Below are positions 8,807-20,989 of a stretch of 64,000 bases of DNA, in pieces. The position numbers and the translations under genes are program-made. The notes below the pieces were generated by a model. The model did no database searches, was not told the origin of the DNA, and saw nothing but the letters and a program-made list of their open reading frames with translations. The stretch is from Xylophilus sp. (GTDB taxonomy: Bacteria; Pseudomonadota; Gammaproteobacteria; Burkholderiales; Burkholderiaceae_C): the NCBI RefSeq assembly GCF_009914555.1, contig NZ_WNDY01000014.1. One strand, written 5' to 3'. The first letter of the stretch is position 1. The number at the start of each line of letters is the position of its first letter.

Positions 8807-10567
8807 ATGTCCGCCGCCGTCGCCGCCGAAGCTCCCGCCGTGATCCCGCCCGAAAGCGCCGCGGGCGCACGCGCCGCCGTGCCGTGGAGCCAGCGCCTGG
8901 CCCAGCTCGCCCCGGGCCAGAAGCGGTGGATCGGCGCCGGCGCGCTGCTGCTGGCCGCCGCCGTGCTGGCCGCCGTGCTGGCCAACCGCCAGCCCGACTA
9001 CAAGGTGCTGTTCTCCAACCTGTCCGACAAGGACGGCGGCGCCATCGTCGCCCAGCTGTCGCAGATGAACGTGCCCTACCGCTACACCGAGGGCGGCGGC
9101 GCGATCCTGGTGCCGGCCGACCGGGTGCACGACGTGCGCCTGCGCCTGGCCACGCAGGGGCTGCCCAAGGGCTCGGTCACCGGCTTCGAGATCACCGAGG
9201 GCAACCGCTTCGGCGTGACCCAGTTCCAGGAGCGCCTCAACTTCCAGCGCGGGCTCGAAGGCGAGCTGACCCGCTCGATCCAGGCGCTGTCGTCGGTGCA
9301 GACCGCCCGCGTGCACCTGGCGCTGCCCAACCAGAACGGCTTCTTCCGCGAGCAGCAGAAGCCCTCGGCCTCGGTGCTGCTGTCGCTCTACCCGGGCCGC
9401 ATCCTCGACCGCGCGCAGATCGCCGGCATCGTGCACCTGGTCGCGTCGAGCGTGCCCGAGATGGACCCGTCGGCCGTCTCCGTCCTCGACGACAGCGGCA
9501 AGCTGCTGTCCACCCAGGCTGGCGACGGCGGCGCGGCCGACGCCGAGCAGCTGGCCTACGTGCAGCGCATCGAGCAGCAGTACAGCCGCCGCATCCTCGA
9601 CCTGCTGGAGCCGGTGGTCGGCCGCAACAACGTGCGCGCCCAGGTCACGGCCGACGTCGACTTCTCGCAGACCGACCTCACCTCCGAGCAGCACAAGCCC
9701 AACCAGACGCCCGACAGCGGCGCGGTGCGCAGCCAGCAGGTCTCCGAAAGCTCCGGCCAGCAGACGCCGGCCCAGCCCACGGGCGTGCCGGGCGCCACCA
9801 GCAACCAGCCGCCGGTGCCGGCCACCGCCCCGATCAACGGCGCCAACCCGGCCCCCACGGCGGCGGGCGGCCAAGGTGGCCAGACAACGAGCAAGCGCGA
9901 GTCGGTCATCAACTACGAGGTCGACAAGACCACCCGCGTGACCCGCGGCGCCAGCGGCGCGGTGCGCCGCCTGACGGCCGCCGTGGTCGTCAACTACCAG
10001 CCGGGCACGCCCGACCCCAAGACCGGCGCGGCGCGGCCCGAGGCCCTCAAGCCCGAGCAGATCGAACAGATGACCGCGCTGGTGCGCGAGACCATCGGCT
10101 TCAGCAAGGAGCGCGGCGACTCGGTCAATCTGATGAACGCCCCGTTCCAGGTCGAGGCCCCGCCGGCGCCCGAGCTGCCGCTGTGGCGCCAGCCCGAGAC
10201 GCTGGAATTCGCCAGGACCTGGGCCTGGCCGATCGCCGCGGCGCTGGGCGTGGCGCTGGTGCTCATCGGCACGCTGCGCCCGGCGCTGCGCGCGGTCGCC
10301 CGCCGCCGCGACGCCGCCGAGGCCCTGGCGATCGCCCGGGCCCAGGGCGCGGGTCCGGACGGTGCGTCGCTGCTGCCCGGCGGACAGCTCAATGCGCTGG
10401 AGGGCGAATCGCTCGACCGCCCGGGGCTCGAAGGCCCGGCCGGCGCGCCGGCCCTGCCGATGTCGCCCGAGCAGGCGCGGCTGGAAGAGGCCCGCGCGCT
10501 GGCCCGCGCCAATCCGGTGGCCGTGGCCCACATCGTGCAAGGCTGGATCAATGGCGAGGGATCATGA
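8807..10567 (+). CDS. fliF: Flagellar MS-ring protein FliF
   Basis: About 586 aa, with a TM helix then DYKVLFSNLSDKDGGAIVAQLSQMNVPYRY...GGAILVPADRVHDVRLRLATQGLPKG (YscJ/FliF family). An alternative GTG start exists at 8774. Confidence 0.9.
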   Translation: MSAAVAAEAPAVIPPESAAGARAAVPWSQRLAQLAPGQKRWIGAGALLLAAAVLAAVLANRQPDYKVLFSNLSDKDGGAIVAQLSQMNVPYRYTEGGGAILVPADRVHDVRLRLATQGLPKGSVTGFEITEGNRFGVTQFQERLNFQRGLEGELTRSIQALSSVQTARVHLALPNQNGFFREQQKPSASVLLSLYPGRILDRAQIAGIVHLVASSVPEMDPSAVSVLDDSGKLLSTQAGDGGAADAEQLAYVQRIEQQYSRRILDLLEPVVGRNNVRAQVTADVDFSQTDLTSEQHKPNQTPDSGAVRSQQVSESSGQQTPAQPTGVPGATSNQPPVPATAPINGANPAPTAAGGQGGQTTSKRESVINYEVDKTTRVTRGASGAVRRLTAAVVVNYQPGTPDPKTGAARPEALKPEQIEQMTALVRETIGFSKERGDSVNLMNAPFQVEAPPAPELPLWRQPETLEFARTWAWPIAAALGVALVLIGTLRPALRAVARRRDAAEALAIARAQGAGPDGASLLPGGQLNALEGESLDRPGLEGPAGAPALPMSPEQARLEEARALARANPVAVAHIVQGWINGEGS

Positions 10568-10624
10568 ACAACCGCAGTCCAGGGGCATTGGATGTGACCA
10601 CCACTCCCATCGGAAGGATCCGCC

Positions 10625-11620
10625 ATGGATGAACAGGGCCTGAGCGACGCCGCCATCCTGCTGATGTCCCTCGGCGAGGAGGAGGCCGCCGAAGTCTTCA
10701 AGCACCTCTCGCCCAAGGAGGTGCAGAAGCTCGGCGAGGCCATCGCCCGCACCCGCGCGGTGCCGCGCGACCGGGTCGACGAGGTCATCGGCCGTTTCAC
10801 CGACGCGGCCACCCGCCAGAGCCTGCTGGTGTCGGACACCAGCAACTACGTGCGCGCGGTGCTCAAGCGCGCGCTCGGCGACGACAAGGCCTCGCTGCTG
10901 ATCGACCGCATCCTGCAGGGCGGCGACGTCTCGGGCATCGAGAGCCTGAAGTGGATGGATCCGCTGTCGGTGGCCGAGCTGCTGCGCAACGAGCATCCGC
11001 AGATCATCGCCGCCATCCTGGTCCACCTCGACAACGACCAGGCCGCCGACGTGCTGGTGCAGTTGGGCAACCGCCAGCGCGCCGAGGTGCTGCTGCGCGT
11101 GGCCACGCTCGAAGGCATCCAGCCGACGGCGCTCAAGGACTTGAACGAGGTGCTGTTCAATGTGTTCGCGGGCGGCGACAAGGTGCGCAAGAGTTCGCTG
11201 GGCGGCGTGAAGACGGCCGCCGAGATGATCAACCGGCTCGGCTCCAACGCCGAAGGCGCGGTGCTGGAGACCATCCGCAGCCACGACCCGGACCTGGCAC
11301 AGAAGATCATGGACAAGATGTTCATCTTCGACGACGTGCTCAAGCTCGACGACAAGGCCATCCAGCTCACGCTGCGCGAGGTCGCCAGCGAAACGCTGAT
11401 CGTCGCGCTCAAGGGCGCCCAGCCCGAGCTGCGCGAGAAGTTCCTGGCCAACATGTCCACCCGCGCGGCCGAATCGCTGCGCGAGGATCTCGAATCGCGC
11501 GGCCCGATCCGGCTGTCGGAGGTCGAGGCCCAGCAGAAGGAGATTCTCAAGACCGTGCGGCGCCTGTCGGACGAAGGCCAGATCGTGATCGGAGGCGGCG
11601 GTGACGACAGTTTCGTCTAG
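10625..11620 (+). CDS. fliG: Flagellar motor switch protein FliG
   Basis: 331 aa, LSDAAILLMSLGEEEAAEVFKHLSPKEVQKLGEAIA...MFIFDDVLKLDDKAIQLTLREV, showing the FliG N, middle and C domains. Confidence 0.95.
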   Translation: MDEQGLSDAAILLMSLGEEEAAEVFKHLSPKEVQKLGEAIARTRAVPRDRVDEVIGRFTDAATRQSLLVSDTSNYVRAVLKRALGDDKASLLIDRILQGGDVSGIESLKWMDPLSVAELLRNEHPQIIAAILVHLDNDQAADVLVQLGNRQRAEVLLRVATLEGIQPTALKDLNEVLFNVFAGGDKVRKSSLGGVKTAAEMINRLGSNAEGAVLETIRSHDPDLAQKIMDKMFIFDDVLKLDDKAIQLTLREVASETLIVALKGAQPELREKFLANMSTRAAESLREDLESRGPIRLSEVEAQQKEILKTVRRLSDEGQIVIGGGGDDSFV

Positions 11621-12392
11621 CCGCTCGCGCCACAACGCCTACGCACGCTTCATCCCGCGCGAGGAAGTCGGCACCGTCGTGCCCTGGCGCTTCGGCCCGA
11701 TGGACGGCACAGGCGGCCTGCTGCCGCTGCTGCCCGTCGAGGCGGCGGCCGCGCCCGCCGCGGCGGTGGTCGACGAGGCCGCGCTGGCCGCCCAGGCCGA
11801 ACGGCTGGCCGCCGAGCATGCGGTCGACCGCGAGGCCGCCCATGCCGCCGGCGTGGAGGAAGGCCGCGCCGCCGCCGCGCTCGAATGGCAGCAGCGCCTG
11901 GACGACCACATCGCTGCAGAGGGCCGCGCCGCGGCCGAGCGCCTGGCGCGGGCCGCCGAGGCCGTCGCCGAACGGCTCCAGGCGCTGGAGCAGGGCATGG
12001 CGCAGGAAGTGCTGCAGCTGGCCTGCGAGATCGCGCGCCAGGTCGTGCGGCAGGAACTGTCGGTCAACCCCAACGCCCTGCAGCCGGTGGTGCGCGAGGC
12101 GCTCGGCCTGCTGGTGGCTGAGGGCAGCCCGGCCACGGTGCGGCTGAACCCGCAAGACTTCGAGGTGGTCGAGCAGCCGCTGCGCGACGAATTCACCGTC
12201 GGCGCGCCCGGTGGCGCGGCCATCCGCTGGCAGGCCGACGCCGCCGTCGCACCCGGCGGCTGCCTGGTCGAGGCCGCCGGCACGGTGGTCGACGGCAGCC
12301 TCGGCAGCCGCTGGCGCCGCGCGGTCGCCACGCTGGGGCTGGAATCGGACTGGGAAGACACCGGCGGAGCGCACGGCGATGGCGACCGCTGA
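11601..12392 (+). CDS. fliH: Flagellar assembly protein FliH
   Basis: 263 aa from a GTG start overlapping the fliG end. Ala/Glu-rich coiled-coil region and a C-terminal FliH/YscL-type domain. Positioned between fliG and fliI. Confidence 0.8.
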   Translation: MTTVSSSRSRHNAYARFIPREEVGTVVPWRFGPMDGTGGLLPLLPVEAAAAPAAAVVDEAALAAQAERLAAEHAVDREAAHAAGVEEGRAAAALEWQQRLDDHIAAEGRAAAERLARAAEAVAERLQALEQGMAQEVLQLACEIARQVVRQELSVNPNALQPVVREALGLLVAEGSPATVRLNPQDFEVVEQPLRDEFTVGAPGGAAIRWQADAAVAPGGCLVEAAGTVVDGSLGSRWRRAVATLGLESDWEDTGGAHGDGDR

Positions 12393-13806
12393 ATCCCCCG
12401 CAGCCTCCCCGCTGTGGCGCGACTTCTTCGGCGAGGCGCGGTCGCGCGTGGCCGCCGGCGTGCCGCTGGCCGCGCGCGGCACGCTCACGCGGCTGACCGG
12501 GCTGGTGCTCGAAGCCTCGGGCATCCACGTGCCGGTCGGCTCGCAGTGCCTGGTGCGCATGCCGGAAGCGGCCGGTGCGCCGCCGCCGCAGGCGCCGGTG
12601 CTGGCCGAGGTGGTCGGCTTCGCGGGCGACCGGGCCTACCTGATGCCGGCGGGCGACATCCACGGCCTCTCCAGCGGCGCGAGCGTGGAGCCGGCCGCCC
12701 CCTACATCCCCGTGCCGCGCCTGGGCGAGCCCGGCCGCCCGCCGAGCGGCGTGGGCGTGCTACGCCTGCCGCTCGGCGACGGCCTGCTCGGTCGCGTGGT
12801 CGATGCCCAGGGCATTCCCCTCGACCACGGCGGCCCGCTGCAGAACGTGAGCGCCGAGCCGCCCGACCGCAGCCCCATCAACGCCATGGACCGCGACCCG
12901 GTGCGCGAGCCGCTCGACACCGGCGTGCGCGCGGTCAACGCGCTGCTCACCGTCGGCCGTGGCCAGCGGCTGGGCCTGTTCGCGGGCTCGGGCGTGGGAA
13001 AAAGCGTGCTGCTCGGCATGATGGCCCGCTACACCCAGGCCGACGTGATCGTCGTGGGCCTGATCGGCGAGCGCGGCCGCGAGGTCAAGGAATTCATCGA
13101 GGACATCCTCGGCGAGGAAGGCCGGCGACGCGCCGTCGTCGTCGCCGCCCCGGCCGACGCGCCGCCGCTGCTGCGCATGCAGGGTGCGGCCTATGCGACG
13201 GCCGTGGCCGAATGGTTCCGCGACCAGGGCCGCCACGTGCTGCTGCTCATGGATTCGCTCACGCGCTATGCCATGGCGCAGCGCGAGATCGCGCTGGCCA
13301 TCGGCGAGCCGCCGGCCACCAAGGGCTATCCGCCGAGCTGCTTCGCGCGGCTGCCGCAGCTCGTGGAGCGCAGCGGCAACGGCCTGAACGGCGTGGGCTC
13401 GATCACCGCGTTCTACACCGTGCTCTCCGAAGGCGACGACCAGCAGGACCCGATCGCCGAGGCGGCGCGCGCCATCCTCGACGGCCACATCGTGCTCTCG
13501 CGCACGCTCGCCGAGAGCGGCCACTACCCGGCCATCGACATCGAGCAGTCGGCCTCGCGCGTGATGCACAGCGTGGTGCCCCAGGCCCACTTCGACCTGG
13601 CGCGGCGCTTCCGCGCGGTCTGGTCGCGCTACCAGAAGAGCCGCGACCTGGTGCAGGTGGGCGCCTATGCGCACGGCTCCGACCCGGCGCTCGACGAGGC
13701 CATCCGGCTGCATCCCGAGATGTCGTACTTCCTCCAGCAGGACATGCACGAGGCCGCGTCGCTCGACGACAGCCTGGCCGGCATGGGCCATGCGCTCGGC
13801 GCCTGA
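12379..13806 (+). CDS. fliI: Flagellum-specific ATPase FliI
   Basis: 475 aa from the internal ATG in track ORF 12211..13806. Walker [12 protein letters not shown], plus ...[29 protein letters not shown] and ...DGHIVLSR, typical of T3SS/F1-type ATPases. Confidence 0.95.
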   Translation: MATAESPAASPLWRDFFGEARSRVAAGVPLAARGTLTRLTGLVLEASGIHVPVGSQCLVRMPEAAGAPPPQAPVLAEVVGFAGDRAYLMPAGDIHGLSSGASVEPAAPYIPVPRLGEPGRPPSGVGVLRLPLGDGLLGRVVDAQGIPLDHGGPLQNVSAEPPDRSPINAMDRDPVREPLDTGVRAVNALLTVGRGQRLGLFAGSGVGKSVLLGMMARYTQADVIVVGLIGERGREVKEFIEDILGEEGRRRAVVVAAPADAPPLLRMQGAAYATAVAEWFRDQGRHVLLLMDSLTRYAMAQREIALAIGEPPATKGYPPSCFARLPQLVERSGNGLNGVGSITAFYTVLSEGDDQQDPIAEAARAILDGHIVLSRTLAESGHYPAIDIEQSASRVMHSVVPQAHFDLARRFRAVWSRYQKSRDLVQVGAYAHGSDPALDEAIRLHPEMSYFLQQDMHEAASLDDSLAGMGHALGA

Positions 13807-13811
13807 CGACG

Positions 13812-14273
13812 ATGGCCCAGCCCTCCGCCCTCGCCGTCGCGATCGAGCTGGCCGAACGCCGGCGCGATGCCGCGCGCCAGCGCCTGGCGCAGGCCGTCGG
13901 CCACCAGCAGGCCGCCCAGGCACAGCTCGATCAGTTGCAGGGGTATGCTGGTGAGACACAAGCCAAATGGGGGATCCAGCCCCATACTGTCCGGTCACCG
14001 GAGGTCATGGGACACCACTACCAGTTCATGGCCCGGCTGCAGCATGCCGTCGGCCTCCAGGCCGAGGTGATGGCCCGGCATGCGGACCACGTCGACGGCG
14101 CCCGGCGCGCGCTGACCGAGGCCGAGCTGCGCGTGGCCAGCCTGCGCAAGCTGGCCGGGCAGCGCGCCCGCGAGGCCGAGCGCAGCCAGCAGCGCCGCGA
14201 GCAGAAGCAGCTCGACGAGATGGCCGCACTCCAGCACCGCCGCCGCCTGCAGGCCGGCGGCCCCTGGAGCTGA
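13812..14273 (+). CDS. fliJ: Flagellar export chaperone FliJ
   Basis: 153 aa coiled coil (LAVAIELAERRRDAARQRLAQAV...QLDQLQGY...) immediately after fliI. Confidence 0.8.
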   Translation: MAQPSALAVAIELAERRRDAARQRLAQAVGHQQAAQAQLDQLQGYAGETQAKWGIQPHTVRSPEVMGHHYQFMARLQHAVGLQAEVMARHADHVDGARRALTEAELRVASLRKLAGQRAREAERSQQRREQKQLDEMAALQHRRRLQAGGPWS

Positions 14274-14305
14274 GTACCGAACCGAAGAACGAGGGGAGCA
14301 TCGAC

Positions 14306-15664
14306 ATGGAAAAGACCCAGGCTGCATCCAGTCCGCCCGGCGCATACGCCGCTGTGCACGGCGCGCGCGCGAAGGCCGCAGCCGCTGCGCCGGACGCCGC
14401 CGCGGGCGGCCCGGCCACCGAGGGCGTGCAGGGCTTCTTCGCCCTGCTGAGCGCGCAGGATCCGGAGGCTGCCGACGGCGCCGCCGATGCCCTCGCGGCC
14501 CAGGACGAGCCCGCTGCGTCCGATCTGCAGGCCGGCATGCCCGATGCCGGTGCAGCTGCGGCTGCCGCAGCCGCCGCGGCTTCGGCCGCCGCCACGGTCG
14601 CCGCGGGTGCCGGCGATCGCGCGGCGCAGGGCGCGGACGCCGTTCTCGGCGCCGGTGCTGGACCGGCCCGGGACGGCTTGGCCGGGCCCGGCGCCCAAGG
14701 GCCGTCCGCCGAAGCCGGCGGCCAGCCCGGCAGCGTGGCCGGCTACGGCGGCATCCTGGCGCAGATCCAGCAGACCCTGGCCCAGCAGCAGGGGCAGCCG
14801 CCCGCTGGCGACCCATTCGCCACCGGAGCCGGACAGGCCGCGTTGCAGCGCGGGGCGCGCGCCGCAGCCGGCGCCGGCGGCGCGGCAGTTTCTGCCGCGG
14901 GTTCCGCATCGAACCATGCTTGCACCGCGACATCGGCCGCGACGGCCAGTCGCGCGGCGGACGCCGCGCGCGCCACCGATCCAGCCTCCACCGCCGTCCT
15001 CCAGGCTGCGCTCGCGCCGCTGGCCGCCGCGGCCGCCGCGCCCGACGGCCTGCGCGAAGCCGAACGCAGCGAGACCCATCGTGCCGGTCCTCCGGCCGAC
15101 GGGCTGGCGGCCGCGTCGCCGGTGCAGTCCGCAGCCGGCGCATCGCTGGTCGTCGATGGCGCGGGCCATGCCTCGCCGGCCCCGGCCGGCATGCCGGGCG
15201 CCGCGCCGGCCCATGTCGACGTGTCGGGCGCCTCGGGCGGCGAGCTGGTCGCCGAGCAGGTCCGCTACTGGATCGGCCAGGACCGGCAGAACGCCGAGCT
15301 GGTGCTCGATCCGTTCGGCCACAAGGTCGAGGTCAGCATCGCAGTGACCGGCAACGAGGCCCATGTCGCCTTCCGCAGCGACCAGGCCCAGACCCGCGAT
15401 TTGCTCGATGCCGGCTCCGGCCACCTGCGCGACCTGCTGAAGGCCGAGGGCCTGGTGCTCTCCGGCGTGACGGTGGACACGCCCGGCGCCGACACCGCGG
15501 CGGCGCAGGCCGGCGCCGGCGGCCGGCAGGGCGAGGGCAGCCGCCGCGAGGGCGCCCGCACCGGCCGCGTCGCCACCGTGGCGGCGGCGGGCGGGGGCGC
15601 CGGCACGGCCGCCGCCCGGCCCCGCCCCGGCACGGCCGACCGCACGCTCGACGTGTTCGCCTGA
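14306..15664 (+). CDS. fliK: Flagellar hook-length control protein FliK
   Basis: 452 aa with an Ala/Gly/Pro-rich linker and a C-terminal FliK domain (ELVLDPFGHKVEVSIAVTGNEAHVAFRSDQAQTRDLLDAGSGHLRDLLKAEGL). RBS GAGGGGAG lies upstream. Confidence 0.75.
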   Translation: MEKTQAASSPPGAYAAVHGARAKAAAAAPDAAAGGPATEGVQGFFALLSAQDPEAADGAADALAAQDEPAASDLQAGMPDAGAAAAAAAAAASAAATVAAGAGDRAAQGADAVLGAGAGPARDGLAGPGAQGPSAEAGGQPGSVAGYGGILAQIQQTLAQQQGQPPAGDPFATGAGQAALQRGARAAAGAGGAAVSAAGSASNHACTATSAATASRAADAARATDPASTAVLQAALAPLAAAAAAPDGLREAERSETHRAGPPADGLAAASPVQSAAGASLVVDGAGHASPAPAGMPGAAPAHVDVSGASGGELVAEQVRYWIGQDRQNAELVLDPFGHKVEVSIAVTGNEAHVAFRSDQAQTRDLLDAGSGHLRDLLKAEGLVLSGVTVDTPGADTAAAQAGAGGRQGEGSRREGARTGRVATVAAAGGGAGTAAARPRPGTADRTLDVFA

Positions 15665-15671
15665 AGGCGGT

Positions 15672-17317
<1,646 letters not shown>

Positions 17318-17321
<4 letters not shown>

Positions 17322-18175
17322 GCGCGCCCCTGCGCGATGGCCGCGCCGATGCGGTTGGCCGACAGCACCACGGCCACCACCAGCAGCCCCGGCGCCGTGG
17401 TCAGCCACCAGGCGGTGGCGACGTAGTTGCGGCCCTCGGCGATCAGCAGGCCCCATTCGGGCGTGGGCGGCGGCGTGCCGTAGCCGAGGAAGCCCAGCGT
17501 CGCGATCTGCAGGATCGCCCAGCCGAACTGGAGCGCCGCCAGCGCCGTGACCGAGGTCAGCGAGTTGGGCAGCACATGGCGCCACAGCACGCTGCACCAG
17601 CGCCCGCCGCTGCCGAAGGCCGCTTCCACGTATTCGGAGCGGCGCACCCGCACGACCTCGGAGCGGACCACCCGGGCGAAGCTCGCCACCGAGGTCACGC
17701 CCACGGCGATGGCCGCGTTCAGCGGGCCGAAGCCCAGGATGATGATCACCGACAGCGCCAGCAGCAGGGAGGGCACGGCCAGCAGCACGTCGACCAGGCG
17801 CATGACCGCGTCCTCCACCCACCCGCCGGCGGCGCCGGCCACCAGGCCCAGCAAGGTGCCGACGGCCAGGCCGATGCCCACGGCCAGCAACGCGCCTGTC
17901 AGCGAGTGCACCGCGCCGTACACCAGCCGCGCATAGACGTCGCGGCCCAGCGCGTCGGTGCCCAGCCAGTGGGCCGCGCCCGGGGCCTGCAGCTGCTGGC
18001 CGGCCTGTCCCAGCGTGGCGCTGTGGCTGGTGAACCAGCCGGGCGCCACCGCCCAGGCCAGCACCGCAGCGATCACCAGCCAGGCCAGCAGCAGGCCCGG
18101 TGGCGTGCGCAGAATGCGCGCGGCATGCCGGCCGGCAGGCGGCGCGGCGGTCGGGGAAGGGTAGATGGAGGACAT
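17318..18175 (-). CDS. ABC peptide/nickel transporter permease (DppC/OppC family)
   Basis: 285 aa multi-TM protein with HWLGTDALGRDVYARLVYG and the EAA-loop region SEYVEAAFGSGGRWCSVLWRHVLPN. Confidence 0.9.
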
Positions 18176-18240
18176 GTCAGTTATTCATGGTCACGGCGCT
18201 CACGCGCCACCCGCAGCGCATGAAACCGCCACGGCCAAAG

Positions 18241-18347
18241 GCCAGCAGACGCCGCGCAAGGGCCGCCCCGCAGCGCTGGCGTCGCCCCCCTACCCGGAGC
18301 GCGAAGCGCGTAGAGAGAAGGGGGGAGCGGCGCAGCCGCTCGGGGGG
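18241..18347. repeat. REP-like GC-rich palindromic intergenic element, copy A (reverse orientation relative to copy B)
   Basis: The reverse complement, CCCCCCGAGCGGCTGCGCCGCTCCCC...GGGGGGCGACGCCAGCGCTGCGGGGCGGCCCTTGCGCGGCGTCTGCTGGC, aligns with 43705..43790 (right module about 86% identical, left module similar, about 30 nt extra in this copy). It occupies an unusual 177-bp gap between two permease genes. Confidence 0.5.
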
Positions 18348-18352
18348 ATGTT

Positions 18353-19294
18353 TCATTTGAACGCGCTGCGGTGGCGCAGGCGCGGATCGAGCAGCGGGTA
18401 GAGCAGGTCCACCGCCAGGTTGATCAGGACAAAGGCCGTGGCCGAGATGACGACGATGGCCTGGAGCACGGCCGTGTCCTGGCTGCTCACGGCCTGCTGC
18501 GTCAGGCTGCCCAGGCCGTTGAGGCCGAAGACCGCCTCGGTCACCACCGCGCCGCCCAGCAGTTCGCCGAACAGCACGCCGGCGATGGTGAGCGCCGGCA
18601 GCACGGCGTTGCGCGCCACGTGGTGCAGCAGCACCCAGCGCCACGACGCGCCCTTGGCCCGGGCCACGGCCACGAACGGCTGGGCGCGCACCGCGTCGAT
18701 GTTGCGCAGCAGCACCTGGGCCAGCGGCGCGGAGATCGGCACCGCCAGCGTCAGCGTCGGCAGGACCAGGCCCTCCCACGGGCCGGGGTTGATGACCGGC
18801 ACCCAGCCCAGCCGGAACGACACCACCTGGATCAGCATGATGCCCAGCCAGAACACCGGCACCGAGATGAACAGCGACGGCAGCGTCCGGAGCAGCGAGC
18901 GCAGCCAGCCCAGCCGGGTCAGCTGCGCGGCGAAGGACAGCGCCAGCGCCAGCAGCAGCGCCAGCGCGAAGCCGAGCGCGGCCAGCCGCAGCGTCGGCGG
19001 CAGGTTGACCGCCAGGCCGTGGCGCACCGGCACGCCCGACTGCACCGAATAGCCGAAGTCGCCGGTCAGGAAGTTGCCCAGCGTGTGCAGGTACTGCCGC
19101 CATGCGGGGCTGTCGGCGCCGTAGGCCGCGCGGATGTCCGCGATCTCCTGCGGCCCGAGGCCAAGGTCCGGGTTCAGGAACTTGATCAGGATCGCGTCGC
19201 CCGGCAGGAACTGCAGCAGCACGAAGGAGGCGGTGAACGCCGCCCACAGCACCAGCAGGGCCTGGCCGGCGCGGCTCAGCAGATGGCGTGCCAT
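18353..19294 (-). CDS. ABC peptide/nickel transporter permease (DppB/OppB family)
   Basis: 313 aa, LLSRAGQALLVLWAAFTASFVLLQFLPGD...QPFVAVARAKGASWRWVLLHHVARNA, a BPD_transp_1-type permease. Confidence 0.9.
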   Translation of the reverse strand: MARHLLSRAGQALLVLWAAFTASFVLLQFLPGDAILIKFLNPDLGLGPQEIADIRAAYGADSPAWRQYLHTLGNFLTGDFGYSVQSGVPVRHGLAVNLPPTLRLAALGFALALLLALALSFAAQLTRLGWLRSLLRTLPSLFISVPVFWLGIMLIQVVSFRLGWVPVINPGPWEGLVLPTLTLAVPISAPLAQVLLRNIDAVRAQPFVAVARAKGASWRWVLLHHVARNAVLPALTIAGVLFGELLGGAVVTEAVFGLNGLGSLTQQAVSSQDTAVLQAIVVISATAFVLINLAVDLLYPLLDPRLRHRSAFK

Positions 19295-19309
19295 CGGCGC
19301 CGGGCCCGG

Positions 19310-20989
19310 CTATTTTTTCGCCAGCCAGGTGTCGTAGAAGCTGGGCCGGCCCACGGCCTCGAAGCCGACCTCCCTGACCTGCGGGGCGCCGGCGAAGGCC
19401 TGCGGCTCCTCGAAGATCGGGATCGCATAGGCCTGGTCGACGAGGTAGTTCTGCACCTCGCCGCTGAGCGCCAGCCGCTTGGCCGGATCGGTTTCCGAGG
19501 CGATCGCTTCGAGCAGGCCGTTGAGCCGGGGATCGGTGAAGTCCTTGACCTTCTGGCTCACGCCGCCCTTTTGCAGCAGCACGTTGCGGTTGGTCGGGTA
19601 GAACTGGCTCTTGATGACGTCCGGGTCGGCGCGGCCGACCATGCCGGCGTGCAGCGGCGTCTTTTCGGGGTCCAGCGCATCGACCGTGCGGCTGCCGGCG
19701 TCGCCGGCCAGGATGACGTTGAGCTTGACGCCGATCCTGGACCACTGCTGGGCGATGAGCTGCAGGGCCTCCTTGTTCTGCGGCTGCGGCAGCGATTCGA
19801 GCACCGACAGCTCCAGCACCCGGCCGTCCTTCTCGCGCAGGCCGGCGGCGTTCAGCCTCCAGCCGGCTTCGTCGAGCAGCTGCTTCGACCTCTCGGGGTC
19901 GTAGGCCAGCTTGGCCGACAGGTCGGTATAGCCCGCGGCGGTCGAGGCGATCACCGAGGTGGCGCGCGGGTAGTTGGACGAGAACAGCGTCTTGACGATC
20001 TCCTCGGTGCTGACCGCGTGCAGCAGGGCCTGGCGCACCCGCACGTCCGACACGAGGGCGTTGTCGGGGCGGAAGTAGACGCCGTTGTTCACGCCGCGCG
20101 TGGGCGGCGCGTAGATGATGAAGCCCTTCTCCTGCACCCGCTTCTCGTCATAGGCCTGCACTTGGCGGATGAGGCCGGCCTGGCCGGCCAGCAGCGCGCC
20201 GATGCGCACGCTGTCCTCGGGCGTGACGACGTACCTGATCTCGTCGAGCCGCGCGCGGCCCTGGTGCGCCAGCCTGGCCGGACCCCAGCGGTAGTCAGGC
20301 CGGGCCTTGAGCACCAGTTCCTTGCCGAGCGTCTCGCCGGCCACCACGAACGGGCCGGAGCCGATGATCCGGGTCGCGTCGCCCAGTTCGTCGAACGGCC
20401 GCGCGAGCGTGGCCAGCGACACCAGCCCGGAGCCGATCACCGACGTGCCCTGGAGGAACCCGGGCGAGGGCGCCTTGAAGTGGAACCTGACGGTCAGCGG
20501 GTCGATGACCTCGCTGCGCTCGTAGTTGTTGATGACTTCCGACACCGGCTGCTTGAGCGCCTTGTTGCCCAGGCCGTAGGTGTCGTAGTTCTTCGCGACC
20601 GCGTTGGCGTCGAGCGGCGTGCCGTCGGAGAAGGTCACGCCGCTGCGCAGCCTGAAGGAGTATTCGGTGGCGTTGCCGTTGACCGTCCACGACTCGGCGA
20701 TCCAGGGCTGGATCTCCAGCGTCTTCGGGTCCTGGTAGGTCAGCTTGTCGGTGATCTGGTTGAGCACCCCGCCGTTCGGATAGAAGCCGCCGGCCGGCGG
20801 ATACAGGTTGGTGTGGGCCTGCTGCTCCAGGTAGACCAGCGTGCCGCCCTGCACCGGCGTGTCGGCCTGGGCGCTGGCGGCCGGGGCGGCGGCGGACGGG
20901 GTCTTGGAGCAGCCGGCGAGCGCGGCGGCGAGCGCCAGGCCGATCAGGGCGCGCGGGAGGGTTCGGTTCGGCAGGTGCAGCACGGTCAT
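19310..20989 (-). CDS. ABC transporter substrate-binding lipoprotein (SBP family 5, DppA/OppA-like)
   Basis: 559 aa from the internal ATG, with lipobox LAAALAGCS. TLVYLEQQAHTNLYP...ESWTVNGNATEYSFRLRSGVTFSDGTPLDA is typical of family-5 solute-binding proteins. Confidence 0.9.
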   Translation of the reverse strand: MTVLHLPNRTLPRALIGLALAAALAGCSKTPSAAAPAASAQADTPVQGGTLVYLEQQAHTNLYPPAGGFYPNGGVLNQITDKLTYQDPKTLEIQPWIAESWTVNGNATEYSFRLRSGVTFSDGTPLDANAVAKNYDTYGLGNKALKQPVSEVINNYERSEVIDPLTVRFHFKAPSPGFLQGTSVIGSGLVSLATLARPFDELGDATRIIGSGPFVVAGETLGKELVLKARPDYRWGPARLAHQGRARLDEIRYVVTPEDSVRIGALLAGQAGLIRQVQAYDEKRVQEKGFIIYAPPTRGVNNGVYFRPDNALVSDVRVRQALLHAVSTEEIVKTLFSSNYPRATSVIASTAAGYTDLSAKLAYDPERSKQLLDEAGWRLNAAGLREKDGRVLELSVLESLPQPQNKEALQLIAQQWSRIGVKLNVILAGDAGSRTVDALDPEKTPLHAGMVGRADPDVIKSQFYPTNRNVLLQKGGVSQKVKDFTDPRLNGLLEAIASETDPAKRLALSGEVQNYLVDQAYAIPIFEEPQAFAGAPQVREVGFEAVGRPSFYDTWLAKK

